From a bacterium (GTDB lineage: Bacteria > DUMJ01), in assembly GCA_014360335.1 (NCBI GenBank), contig JACIXS010000100.1, forward strand, positions 24,431-88,430: 64,000 bases of DNA. The letters are read 5' to 3'. Positions 53,953-63,666 of the stretch are shown piece by piece. Position 1 is the stretch's first letter. Every line of letters starts with the position of its first letter. A program made the translations under genes and the position numbers. The notes under the pieces are model-generated. The model saw only the letters and a list, made by a program, of their open reading frames with translations. It was not told where the DNA came from and did no database searches.

Positions 53953-54714
53953 TTATAATCGTACAGGGATCCCTTCCTCTTTTAGATACTCTTTTATTTC
54001 TCTTATAGTATACTTTTTATAGTGGAGTAGAGAGGCTATTAATGCAGCGCTTGCCTTTCCATCTTTCAATACATCTCTTATATGTTCTAGGCTTCCAGCT
54101 CCACCAGATGCTATAACAGGTATATTAACCGCTTCTGCTACAGCTCTAGTAAGGGCTATATCATACCCTTGCTGAGTTCCATCAGCATCTATGCTTGTAA
54201 GTAAGATCTCTCCTGCCCCTAAACTTTCTACCTCTTTTGCCCAGCTTATTGCTTCTAGGTTAGTAGGTGTAGTTCCTCCATTTATGTAAACCCTCCATCC
54301 TTTCATATCTTCATCTCTTTTTGCATCTATGGCTACAACAATACATTGTGACCCAAAGATTTTTGATGCTTCTGTTATAAGGGATGGATTTTTTACCGCT
54401 TGAGTATTTATAGAGACCTTATCTGCTCCTGACCTCAGTATTTCCTTTATCTCTTCTATACTCCCTATACCACCTCCTACCGTAAAGGGGATAAACACCT
54501 TAGATGCTGTTCTCTTTACAAATTCTACAATAGTTCTTCTTCTCTCAAGAGATGCTGTTATGTCTAAAAATACTAATTCGTCCGCTCCTTCCTTATCATA
54601 ATATTCTGCTAGCTCTACAGGGTCTCCAGCATCTTTTAAGTCGATAAAGTGCATCCCTTTTACTACCCTTCCATCTTTTACATCAAGACAGGGAATTATC
54701 CTCTTAGTGAGCAT
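53953..54714 (-). CDS. hisF: Imidazole glycerol phosphate synthase, cyclase subunit
   Basis: [17 protein letters not shown]-terminus. Confidence 0.95.
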   Translation of the reverse strand: MLTKRIIPCLDVKDGRVVKGMHFIDLKDAGDPVELAEYYDKEGADELVFLDITASLERRRTIVEFVKRTASKVFIPFTVGGGIGSIEEIKEILRSGADKVSINTQAVKNPSLITEASKIFGSQCIVVAIDAKRDEDMKGWRVYINGGTTPTNLEAISWAKEVESLGAGEILLTSIDADGTQQGYDIALTRAVAEAVNIPVIASGGAGSLEHIRDVLKDGKASAALIASLLHYKKYTIREIKEYLKEEGIPVRL

Positions 54715-55417
54715 AACTTATCGCCTCTTCTAAGTTGATCTTACCCTCATATAGGGCTTTACCTATAATAGCCCCAGTAGCACCAGCCTCTTTTATCCTC
54801 TTTATATCCTCTATAGTGCCTATTCCACCAGAGGCTATAGTTGATACCCCTACAAAGGCTATAAACCTCTTTAATCCTTCTATATCTGGGCTATTTAGAG
54901 TTCCATCCCTCTCTATATTGGTATAAATAAATTCCTTAACTCCAAAGTCTTTTAATTTCTTGCCAATATCTATATAGTTAAATCCTGTCTCTTTTAACCA
55001 TCCGTGTATAAGAATCTTTTCCTCTTTTACATCTAAACTTACTATAATGTTCTCCTGATGCTTCGAAAGGGCTTCCTCTAAGAGCTTCTCGTCCTCAAAC
55101 ACTATACTACCAAGTATCACCTTTTTAACTCCACTATTTATGTACTCCTCTATGTATTCTAAAGACCTAATTCCACCGCCAACTTGAACTGGAACTTTCA
55201 ACTCCTTTATAATTTTCAGTATGATATCTCTATTTACTGGCCTTCCCAATCTAGCACCGTCTAAATCTACAATATGTATCCTATCTGCTCCTTTACTTTC
55301 CCAATTCTTTGCTACCATTACAGGGTCATCACTGTAAACGGTCTTCTTACTAAAGTCCCCTTTAACAAGTCTAACACATCTTCCTTCTATTATATCAATA
55401 GCTGGTATTATCTCCAT
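54704..55417 (-). CDS. hisA: ProFAR isomerase
   Basis: IIPAIDI...G start and a (beta/alpha)8 HisA pattern. Confidence 0.92.
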   Translation of the reverse strand: MEIIPAIDIIEGRCVRLVKGDFSKKTVYSDDPVMVAKNWESKGADRIHIVDLDGARLGRPVNRDIILKIIKELKVPVQVGGGIRSLEYIEEYINSGVKKVILGSIVFEDEKLLEEALSKHQENIIVSLDVKEEKILIHGWLKETGFNYIDIGKKLKDFGVKEFIYTNIERDGTLNSPDIEGLKRFIAFVGVSTIASGGIGTIEDIKRIKEAGATGAIIGKALYEGKINLEEAISYAH

Positions 55418-56018
55418 AGACGATATCTAAAAAGTTCTTATAGATTTTTAATCCTTCCTTACTACTTTTCTCAGGGTGGAATTGGACAGCAAATACATTA
55501 TCCTGCCATATAGCAGATGGAAAGATGATTCCATACTCTGTTTCTCCACAGATCACTCTTTCATCTATAGGCTCTCCGTAGTATGAATGAACAAAATAGA
55601 AGAACCCTTCTGAGTTAATTTCTCTAAAGATTGGTGCGTCCTTTACAATTTTAACTTGATTCCAACCTATGTGTGGAAGAGGAAGATTATTTGGAAGCTT
55701 TTTCACTTTACCCTTTATAATACCTAGTCCTTTCACTTCTGGAGACTCTTCACTTTCTTCAAAGAGAAGCTGTAACCCAAGACAGACTCCAAATAAGGGT
55801 ATCCCTTTATCTATTGCCTCTTTAATAGCCTCACATAATCTCTTTTCTTCTAGAAGCTTCATTCCCCAGCCAAAGGCTCCAACTCCGGGAAGGACAAGCC
55901 CTTTTGCCTTGAGTATATCAGTAGAAGCATCTGAGACTACCACGTTAGCTCCAAAATATTCTAAAGCCTTTCTTACACTGAATAGATTTCCTGCACCGTA
56001 GTCTATTATGGTGATCAA
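55395..56018 (-). CDS. hisH: Imidazole glycerol phosphate synthase, glutaminase subunit
   Basis: Class I glutamine amidotransferase (GVCLGLQ, HPE). Confidence 0.92.
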   Translation of the reverse strand: MITIIDYGAGNLFSVRKALEYFGANVVVSDASTDILKAKGLVLPGVGAFGWGMKLLEEKRLCEAIKEAIDKGIPLFGVCLGLQLLFEESEESPEVKGLGIIKGKVKKLPNNLPLPHIGWNQVKIVKDAPIFREINSEGFFYFVHSYYGEPIDERVICGETEYGIIFPSAIWQDNVFAVQFHPEKSSKEGLKIYKNFLDIVYGDNTSY

Positions 56019-56021
56019 CTT

Positions 56022-56597
56022 TTACAGAACCCCTTTGGTTGAGAGGATATCATCTATTTTTCTTGTAGCTTCTTTTAGAGATATTCCTAATGATTTTATA
56101 AGACACTCTGCTATATGGTGAGAATTATTCCCTCTAAGTTTTAAGATGTGAAGAGTCATCCTACTATTCATAGCGAAAGCTCTCAAGAACTCTGTAAGCC
56201 ATTCGGTTTGAAAGGTTCCTATAAAGCTATCAGTAAATAGATCGTTAGTTTCAAAATAAGGTCTCCCACTGATATCTATACTTGAGATTATTAGTGCATC
56301 ATCCATAGGAATTATCGAATAACCAAATCGTGCTATTTTAAAGTCTCCTAATGCCTTGTTGAGTGCAGAACCTAGGACTATCCCGACATCCTCACATAGA
56401 TGATGCCCATCTACTTCTAGGTCCCCTTTGGCAGAGATATCTATATCAAAACCACTATAAAGGGCAAATGAGGTTAAAAGATGATTAAAGAAGCCAATAC
56501 CCGTATCAATATTACCTCTTCCAGTTCCATCTATATTTAAACTTATCTTTATATCTGTCTCTTTAGTTGTTCTAGCTATAGAAATCTCTCTAGCCAC
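56022..56597 (-). CDS. hisB: Imidazoleglycerol-phosphate dehydratase
   Basis: IGPD family (TKETDIKISLNIDG; D/H-rich metal motifs). Confidence 0.92.
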   Translation of the reverse strand: MAREISIARTTKETDIKISLNIDGTGRGNIDTGIGFFNHLLTSFALYSGFDIDISAKGDLEVDGHHLCEDVGIVLGSALNKALGDFKIARFGYSIIPMDDALIISSIDISGRPYFETNDLFTDSFIGTFQTEWLTEFLRAFAMNSRMTLHILKLRGNNSHHIAECLIKSLGISLKEATRKIDDILSTKGVL

Positions 56598-56643
56598 TTT
56601 ATATCCTTAACTTTTTTGAGATTTTGAATACACACCTAAGGTA

Positions 56644-56671
56644 TTATACTATAAAGAGACCCATAAGACAA
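56644..56671 (-). promoter_or_regulatory. Putative promoter TTGTCT-N17-TATAAT for hisB-hisH-hisA-hisF-hisIE
   Basis: Read on the minus strand in the 75-nt gap between the glxK stop and the hisB start. Confidence 0.3.
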
Positions 56672-56672
56672 C

Positions 56673-57815
56673 TTAGCAAGATTTAAGTGCCTTTATTAAG
56701 CTACCAATCTGATAAGAAATCCATTCCAACTGTTCTTTAGTGCGCCTTATTGATTCTTCTAAGGTTATAGGGCCTCTAGTAACTGAGAATAGGGCGTCTG
56801 CCAATCCCTCCTCTATTAGAATTTCAGCATCTTCGTCTACAGCTCCACCTAATAGTATCACAGGTATAGCCTTCTCTTTAGCCTTTTTAGCTATTCCCGC
56901 TGGACCCTTCCCAAATATTGTTTGTCCATCTATCTTTCCTTCACCACTTATAACTATGTCTACTCCTTCTAATTTTCTCTCTATATCTAAAGTCTCTAAA
57001 ACAACTTCAATTCCAGGCTTTAGCTTGGCATTTAAAAAGGCAACTAGTCCTCCTCCTAATCCTCCAGCCGCTCCTGCTCCTGGAAGGTTCAATATATCCT
57101 TACCCAAGTCTCTTTTAACCACTTGAGCAAAATTAAATAATGCCCTATCTAATTCTTCTATTAACTCTTTGGTTCCACCCTTCTGTGGACCATAAACATA
57201 AGAAGCTCCTTCAGGTCCACATAGGGGATTTTTTACATCCGCCATTACTATAACTTCACACTCTTTTGCCAAAGGATGAAAATTACTCATATCAATAGTG
57301 TGAAGTTCTTTAAGTGCCAGTCCACCAAAGGGTAACTCTCTACCCTCTTTATCTAATAGCCTTGCTCCTAAAGCCTGTGACATTCCTGCACCGCCGTCAT
57401 TAGTAGCACTTCCACCTATTCCCACTAGTATTCTCTTTACTCCTCTATCTAATGCTTCCCTTATGAGTTCACCAACACCATAGGTAGTAGTAATAGCAGG
57501 GTTTCTTTTTTCTTTCGGAACTAAGGCTAAACCAGAAGCCCTTGCCATTTCTATAACAGCAGTCTTACCGTCACCTAGAATGCCAAACTTTGCTATTATT
57601 CTTTCTCCTAGAGGACCGGTTACCTCTTTTTCTATAAACTGTCCATTGGTAGCCTCTACTAAGACCTCAATTGTCCCATCCCCACCATCTGCTATTGGTA
57701 GAACGATAATATCACTATTAGGGAGGGCTTTTAAGAGCCCTCCCTTTATAGCCTCTCCAGCCTCTCTGGCGGAAAGAGCTTCCTTAAATGCGTTAGGAGC
57801 CACCAGTATCTTCAT
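56673..57815 (-). CDS. glxK: Glycerate kinase (GK-I / GlxK family)
   Basis: [12 protein letters not shown]...IADGGDGT N-terminus typical of the glycerate kinase family; 380 aa. Confidence 0.85.
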   Translation of the reverse strand: MKILVAPNAFKEALSAREAGEAIKGGLLKALPNSDIIVLPIADGGDGTIEVLVEATNGQFIEKEVTGPLGERIIAKFGILGDGKTAVIEMARASGLALVPKEKRNPAITTTYGVGELIREALDRGVKRILVGIGGSATNDGGAGMSQALGARLLDKEGRELPFGGLALKELHTIDMSNFHPLAKECEVIVMADVKNPLCGPEGASYVYGPQKGGTKELIEELDRALFNFAQVVKRDLGKDILNLPGAGAAGGLGGGLVAFLNAKLKPGIEVVLETLDIERKLEGVDIVISGEGKIDGQTIFGKGPAGIAKKAKEKAIPVILLGGAVDEDAEILIEEGLADALFSVTRGPITLEESIRRTKEQLEWISYQIGSLIKALKSC

Positions 57816-58795
57816 TTTTTCAACACTTCCGGATTTACCGGATTGGGTGGCATCTTTCCTGCTAATACCGCTAGGAGATTCTCTGCAGCCATCGTAGCCA
57901 TCTTGGTCCTTGTCTCTACACTTGCACTGGCTATATGAGGTAGTAGAACTGCATTCTCACATTCTGCTAATCCTGGGACAAGCTTAGGCTCAAACTCATA
58001 GACATCCAATCCTGCTCCTGCTATCCACCCTTCTTTTAGAGCCTTTACTAATGCATTTTCATCTACTACTGGTCCCCTTGAAGTGTTTATAAGATAAGCG
58101 GTCTTTTTCATCTTCTTTAGTCTCTCTTCATTTATCAGGTGATAAGTCTCAGGAGATAGATAGGTATGAAGTGAGACAAAATCGCTCTGCTCTAGAAGCT
58201 CATCTAAAGAGACAAATGTGGCATTTAATTCTTTTTCAAGTTCTTCAGGTATTCTCCTTATATCATTGTATAGGACCTTCATATTGAAACCTTTTGCTCT
58301 TCTTGCTACAGCCTGTCCAATCCTTCCCATGCCTATGATACCTAGTGTCTTTCCATAAACATCCTGCCCAAGAAAGAGCATAGGAGCCCAGCCTTCATAC
58401 TTTCCTGCTCTCGTAAACTTATCCGCTTCTACTACTCTTCTAGCGGTAGCTAAAATAAGAGCCCATGCCAAGTCTGCTGTAGTCTCAGTAAGAACCCCTG
58501 GGGTATTTGTTACTACTATACCTCTTTTAGTTGCCTCATTTACATCTATATTGTCATAACCTACCGCATAATTACTTACAACCTTTAACTGGGGCCCAGC
58601 AGCATCAAACACTTCCGCATCTATCTTATCTGTTAAGAGACAGAGTATGCCATCCTTGCCCTTTACTGCTTGAAGTAACTCCTCTCTTGTTAATACCCTA
58701 TCGTATGGATTTATCTCTACCTCATGCTCCTTTCTTATCATTTCTATTCCGGGCTCTGGAATACGCCTGGTTATATAAACCTTCAATGTATACAC
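57812..58795 (-). CDS. D-isomer-specific 2-hydroxyacid dehydrogenase (glyoxylate/hydroxypyruvate reductase type)
   Basis: NAD-binding GxGxxG ([12 protein letters not shown]) and the catalytic R/E/H arrangement; 327 aa. Confidence 0.85.
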   Translation of the reverse strand: MYTLKVYITRRIPEPGIEMIRKEHEVEINPYDRVLTREELLQAVKGKDGILCLLTDKIDAEVFDAAGPQLKVVSNYAVGYDNIDVNEATKRGIVVTNTPGVLTETTADLAWALILATARRVVEADKFTRAGKYEGWAPMLFLGQDVYGKTLGIIGMGRIGQAVARRAKGFNMKVLYNDIRRIPEELEKELNATFVSLDELLEQSDFVSLHTYLSPETYHLINEERLKKMKKTAYLINTSRGPVVDENALVKALKEGWIAGAGLDVYEFEPKLVPGLAECENAVLLPHIASASVETRTKMATMAAENLLAVLAGKMPPNPVNPEVLKK

Positions 58796-58798
58796 CTC

Positions 58799-60145
58799 CT
58801 AGCTTAGTAAAAATCCTGATGATGATATTATATCACCTAAACCTACTGTAAGCTTTGGTGACTGAACTACCTTGGTAGGAACTATTACAAGGCTGAAATT
58901 GTCTATATTCTTAATACCTTCGTACCCAGTTAATGTTATAGTTGGAACTCCTAAGCCTTTCTCTAAGTCTTCTAATGTCTCGTATCTGCCAAGTAGAGAC
59001 CTTGTGGCAGCTAAGATAGCAGAGAATAGAAGAGCGGTTCTCTCATTTCGCTCATTCTTTTCCCTAGTAATAGATATATAATGCCCAAGAGTGTGAAGTT
59101 GAATCCTCTTAAGAGGAGTCCTTTCCATAATCTTTAGCAAACCATCCACCAATTTTACTATAGGGAATCTTGTGTCTTTAAGTTCTTTTGCTAAATCTTG
59201 CTCTCCAAAATCACTAAGCAGTGTGGCAAATTCAATCTCGTTTAATCCGAGACTATCTATAACGGGGAATATATGCTTTACCACTAGACTTCTTATCAGA
59301 GAACTTCCGATAGAGGCAAATTCATAGTGGACCTTTAAACCTAATCTTTCTTTCATCTGGCTTACGAATTCGGCAACTGGAACTATAAAGTCTTCGCAGG
59401 TTTTACCCTCAGGATACCTTTCTAAAAGAATATGAAAGCCTGATACTAAGAAGTGTGTAAATTTATCTGGTATGAGGAATATATCTCTTTTAAACTCTTC
59501 ACTTACCCTTAATCTACAATTTACAGGATTCCAAGCTGCTATGAACCTATTGGCTCTTGGAGATTCATAGGTTGTTCCATCGAGCTCTATCTTTAATCCT
59601 TTATTGTATTCTAATATCCAGTGTATAGCAAATATCCCCTGGTCCTTCCATGCTTTTCTAGGAGAACGGAGTACTGGTTTATCATTCTCTCTAGTTAAAA
59701 CAAAGAGATTTTTTCTTTCAGGGAAGAGTTCAGCAAGTTCTTTGGTTAATGGATTTGCATATACTAGAATCTTTGAGAGTGGTAAAGGGGACAATAGACT
59801 AGCCATATTTGCCGAAGTTCCGCCAAGCCTCAATTGGTCATATCCAATGTTTTCTAAGGTCCATCTAAAGGTCTCTTCATTCTCTATCATCCTCTGATAG
59901 GCTAAACCTTCTCTTATGGAGATAAGGAGGTCAACAAGTAAGTCCTCTGGACTCCTTATAACCGATGTTGGTTCACTAGGAATACTTTTAATATGTGGAA
60001 ATTGCTCTAGAAGCCTCTTTAAGAGGTCTTCTTCTACTCTCTTTAATCCATCTATCGTTGAATGAAATCCAGTTATTACACCTGGAATCCTCTGTAGTTT
60101 TTTCCAGCCCTCCTCTAAAGCCTCTCTATACAGTTCTTCCCACAT
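58799..60145 (-). CDS. ADP-dependent sugar kinase family protein (archaeal ADP-glucokinase / ADP-phosphofructokinase family)
   Basis: Collinear blocks with Thermococcus/Pyrococcus ADP-GK/PFK as recalled: WEELY...GFHSTIDGL (archaeal WKRLY...AYNTNIDAI), LRLGGTSANMA, PRANRFIA, LGLNEIEFA, RIQLHTLGHY, ALLFSAILAA, and the C-terminal IVPTKVVQSPKLTVGLGDIISSSGF (archaeal [25 protein letters not shown]). Confidence 0.8.
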   Translation of the reverse strand: MWEELYREALEEGWKKLQRIPGVITGFHSTIDGLKRVEEDLLKRLLEQFPHIKSIPSEPTSVIRSPEDLLVDLLISIREGLAYQRMIENEETFRWTLENIGYDQLRLGGTSANMASLLSPLPLSKILVYANPLTKELAELFPERKNLFVLTRENDKPVLRSPRKAWKDQGIFAIHWILEYNKGLKIELDGTTYESPRANRFIAAWNPVNCRLRVSEEFKRDIFLIPDKFTHFLVSGFHILLERYPEGKTCEDFIVPVAEFVSQMKERLGLKVHYEFASIGSSLIRSLVVKHIFPVIDSLGLNEIEFATLLSDFGEQDLAKELKDTRFPIVKLVDGLLKIMERTPLKRIQLHTLGHYISITREKNERNERTALLFSAILAATRSLLGRYETLEDLEKGLGVPTITLTGYEGIKNIDNFSLVIVPTKVVQSPKLTVGLGDIISSSGFLLS

Positions 60146-60995
60146 TGTCTAAAGCCTCCTTGTACGCCTCTTCGGAAGAATAGTTCTTGTGTAGTATAAG
60201 TTTCATAGCTAAAGCCATAACCTCAGGTTTATCACTTAGGAATACATTTCTACCAACCACGAAACCACTAGCTCCAGCCTTTACGCCATCTTCGAAGTCT
60301 CTAAGGACATCTAAAGGATTTTCTCTCTTTGGACCTCCTAAAAGTAGTACCTTAGCATTTACACTATCTATTATCCTCTTAAATAGTTCTATACCCTCTT
60401 CCCTGGAGTTACTCTTTACATAGGGGATTTTAAGTATCGGCACCCTAAAGTCGTTAGTTATTATAGAGACCCACTTTATAGCCTCATAAGACCTATCCAT
60501 AACCAACTTTCCATCCTCTAGATTCATATAGAGGGGTTCTACCATAAGAGGCATAGACCATTTCTCGCACTCTTCTACCACATTAGCTAGAAGTGTTAAC
60601 TGCTCATTAGTAAACTGATTATTCTTATTGAACTTTATTAGAAGTTTTACTCCATCTAGTCCCCATCTAAGAGCGGTTTCTACCGTACAAACACATCTAT
60701 CATCCATCTCAAAAGTTGTTCCAGCTAGCCCAGTTCTATTAAGGCTTAATACTAATCCTTTATCTCTTAGGTTACCATTGACTATAAGTTGAGCTAAAGG
60801 CTCTTTTGTGGTCATTATAGCATCCAGATAGGGGGCTAATCTTTCTATGAGAGAAACCAAATTAGCAAAGTTATCTATCCCTTCTTGAATGCCTCGCTGT
60901 CTATGGTCTATAGCTAGAACCATGGACTTTCCATCTTTTGCAAAGATCCGAGACATCCTATTGGTTATTCCTACATCATAAAAAAGTGACTCCAT
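60126..60995 (-). CDS. Archaeal-type class I fructose-bisphosphate aldolase family (DeoC/FbaB-like) aldolase
   Basis: RIFAKDGKSMVLAIDH (Schiff-base aldolase N-terminal block) and C-terminal GASGFVVGRNVF, as in class IA FBA and ADH synthase. Confidence 0.78.
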   Translation of the reverse strand: MESLFYDVGITNRMSRIFAKDGKSMVLAIDHRQRGIQEGIDNFANLVSLIERLAPYLDAIMTTKEPLAQLIVNGNLRDKGLVLSLNRTGLAGTTFEMDDRCVCTVETALRWGLDGVKLLIKFNKNNQFTNEQLTLLANVVEECEKWSMPLMVEPLYMNLEDGKLVMDRSYEAIKWVSIITNDFRVPILKIPYVKSNSREEGIELFKRIIDSVNAKVLLLGGPKRENPLDVLRDFEDGVKAGASGFVVGRNVFLSDKPEVMALAMKLILHKNYSSEEAYKEALDNVGRTV

Positions 60996-61006
60996 CGAAT
61001 TCCTCC

Positions 61007-62029
61007 TTAGTCGTTTATTACTACAGCCTTTCCAGTCTTACTAGATTCATAGACCGCAAGTATAAATTGTATAGCTCTTCTACCATCCTCTCCAGTTATA
61101 CTAGGGGTCCTATTGTATAATACTGCTTCTGCCATATCTCTTATCTGTGCTATATGCCCTTTTATAAAGAGAGCTCTAGGGTCACTTGATGCTGATTCTC
61201 CTTGAGTAGATAAGCCTTTTCTCTCTTCTCCCTTTATAAACCAGTCTCTTACGAAAGGACCTTCTACCACTACACTACCATTTGTCCCATGAACCTCTAT
61301 CCTCTCTTTGAAGCCGGGATAACAGGCAGTTGAACCCTGTATTACACCTAAGGCTCCATTTTTGTACTTTATAATGGCTATAGCCACATCCTCCACCTCT
61401 ATATTGTGTGCTAGAGTCCCACAGTATGCAGTTATCTCTTTGACAGGTCCTGCAAGATAGAGAAGTTGATCCACAAAATGTACGGATTGATTCATTAGTG
61501 CTCCTCCACCATCTAGAGCCCAAGTTCCACGCCAATCTGCACTATCATAATATTCCTGTGTTCTCCACCACTTTACATAGGCATCAGCCATAACAATCTT
61601 ACCAAGTTTTCCTGAATCTATGGCAGATTTTAGTTCTTGAATTCCAGGGTCAAATCTATGCTGTGATATAACACTAAGTTTAACTCCTGCTTTTTGACAG
61701 GCCTCTATAAGGGCATCAGCCTTTTCTAATGTAATATCTATTGGTTTTTCCACCAAAACGTGCTTTCCTTTTTTCGCAGCCTTTATACCCAAATCTGCAT
61801 GTAATCCACTAGGGACACAGATATTTATTACATCTATGTCATTTCTAGCTAACATCTCATCGTAATCAGCATACCAGTCCACGCCGTACTTTTCTCCTAA
61901 AGCCTTGGCTCTTTCCGGTATAATATCACATACAGCCTTTAACTCTGCTATCTCTATATTCTTTATAGCTTCCGCATGTGTTGGACCTATAACGCCACAT
62001 CCAACTATACCAAATCTTACTTTATTCAT
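61007..62029 (-). CDS. Gfo/Idh/MocA-family NAD(P)-dependent oxidoreductase (inositol 2-dehydrogenase-like)
   Basis: RFGIVGCGVIG Rossmann N-terminus and a C-terminal Gfo/Idh/MocA domain; 340 aa. Confidence 0.85.
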   Translation of the reverse strand: MNKVRFGIVGCGVIGPTHAEAIKNIEIAELKAVCDIIPERAKALGEKYGVDWYADYDEMLARNDIDVINICVPSGLHADLGIKAAKKGKHVLVEKPIDITLEKADALIEACQKAGVKLSVISQHRFDPGIQELKSAIDSGKLGKIVMADAYVKWWRTQEYYDSADWRGTWALDGGGALMNQSVHFVDQLLYLAGPVKEITAYCGTLAHNIEVEDVAIAIIKYKNGALGVIQGSTACYPGFKERIEVHGTNGSVVVEGPFVRDWFIKGEERKGLSTQGESASSDPRALFIKGHIAQIRDMAEAVLYNRTPSITGEDGRRAIQFILAVYESSKTGKAVVIND

Positions 62030-62033
62030 ATTA

Positions 62034-62855
62034 TCACCTCTCTATCTCAGACAATATTTTCTTTAATGCTTGAGAAGCTTTTTTAAAGAGCTCAGGACCA
62101 GAAAATCCTTGAAATTGCCCACTATGAGCAAGGTGTGGTTCAAGGCTCAAGAAATATTCTCTGCTTTTTTTCTTCAGAGACATCAAAAGTTCCTTTATTT
62201 CTCCATCTCCTTCTCCAGCAGGAACTTCAACTCCATCTGAGAAGTGCGCATCTTTTATATGAACATACTCTATATAATCTTCTAAAAGTGGATAAGCCTC
62301 TCTAAAGGGCTTAACATTGCACTGTATAAAGTTTGAAGGGTCAAATACCGCTTTTAGATTTGGAGAGTTTATACTCTTTAGTATATCGAGACACCTTTCA
62401 GGTGTATCTCCATATATCTTCTTTTCGTTTTCATGTAATAGTATAACTCCTTCTTTCTCTGCTATCTTTACAAGTTCTCCTAACCTTTCTAAGGATATCT
62501 TTCTAAGCTCATCTATGCTCATACCTTCTTCTGGATAGAATGAGAATATCCTGATATATGAGGTACCGAAGAAATGTGCTAGTCTTATGGCATTCTGTAG
62601 CTTCTCCTTTTGTCCTTCTATATCTTCCTTCGCTCTAACCTTTCCGATTGGAGATGCTATAGCAGATACCTTTATTCCATAATTATCTAACATCTCCTTT
62701 ATCTTCTTGCTATCTTCTTCGGTCAGAGTTACAACATTCTTACCAAAGGCGCTTCTTAACTCCAGGTAACCTATCTCCTCCTCTTTTAGTATTTTTAGCT
62801 GTTTCTCAAAGTCAGGTGATATTTCATCACCAAAACCAGAGAGTTTATACCACAT
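62034..62855 (-). CDS. Sugar phosphate isomerase/epimerase (xylose isomerase-like TIM barrel; IolE/IolI-like)
   Basis: AP_endonuc_2-type TIM barrel pattern (HENE..., metal ligands spaced as in inosose dehydratase/isomerase). Confidence 0.75.
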   Translation of the reverse strand: MWYKLSGFGDEISPDFEKQLKILKEEEIGYLELRSAFGKNVVTLTEEDSKKIKEMLDNYGIKVSAIASPIGKVRAKEDIEGQKEKLQNAIRLAHFFGTSYIRIFSFYPEEGMSIDELRKISLERLGELVKIAEKEGVILLHENEKKIYGDTPERCLDILKSINSPNLKAVFDPSNFIQCNVKPFREAYPLLEDYIEYVHIKDAHFSDGVEVPAGEGDGEIKELLMSLKKKSREYFLSLEPHLAHSGQFQGFSGPELFKKASQALKKILSEIER

Positions 62856-62868
62856 CTTTTTTCCCTCC

Positions 62869-63666
62869 TTATAACTCTTTAACTATCTGTTCTGCCCATT
62901 TTATCCAGGCGTGCTTTACATCATCTCTAGGAATATTTACAGGGTCCTCTCCTGCTAATACCCATAAATAGTATAACGAATATCCTGGTGCAGCTACTAC
63001 AGGATGATATCCTCTGGTGATGGGAAGGGCTGTATAATCCGTTACTGTATAGACCTCATCCATATCTCCCTCTTCTGTATATATCCTCTGAAAGCCAAAC
63101 CCACTAGGTGGATTTAGCCTATATAGGTAAACCTCCTCCATCTTCCACTCATAGGGAGGATTATGTTTATCATGCTTGTGTGGAGGATAGCTAGACCAGT
63201 TTCCTGGAGGATTGACAGTTTCTCCCATTATTATATGTTTTGCTCCAATCCTTTTATCTATAACCTGGGTTACATATCTCTTCCAGTTATGTGTACCAAC
63301 AACTCTTCTTTCTACTTCATTCGGATTTATTACTGTTACGTCTACATTATTTGGTTCTGACTTTACAGTTGCAAAGACTAATTCACTATTATCCAAAGCC
63401 TTGATATCTACTTTTTTCCCTGGAGGAATATATAATCCCCAAGGTTTACTGTTGAATATCTCACTCCTAGGTCCTAGTATATATCTACTATCGACCTCTA
63501 CCCTTCCAGTGCATAGAAGACATCCGATTTCCCTTTCTTTCTCTCCTAAAGATACAACTTCACTAGATTTCAATCTAAGGACAAATAACCTTGTCCATTC
63601 AAGACCCTGTACAGGAACTTCTAATATCCCTGTACCTTCTGGGACTTTAGCTAGTTTAGAACTCAT
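62869..63666 (-). CDS. iolB: 5-deoxy-glucuronate isomerase-like cupin (IolB/KduI family)
   Basis: PGNWSSYPPHKHD and EEVYLYR...GFGFQRIY blocks recalled as IolB hallmarks; 265 aa. Confidence 0.72.
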   Translation of the reverse strand: MSSKLAKVPEGTGILEVPVQGLEWTRLFVLRLKSSEVVSLGEKEREIGCLLCTGRVEVDSRYILGPRSEIFNSKPWGLYIPPGKKVDIKALDNSELVFATVKSEPNNVDVTVINPNEVERRVVGTHNWKRYVTQVIDKRIGAKHIIMGETVNPPGNWSSYPPHKHDKHNPPYEWKMEEVYLYRLNPPSGFGFQRIYTEEGDMDEVYTVTDYTALPITRGYHPVVAAPGYSLYYLWVLAGEDPVNIPRDDVKHAWIKWAEQIVKEL

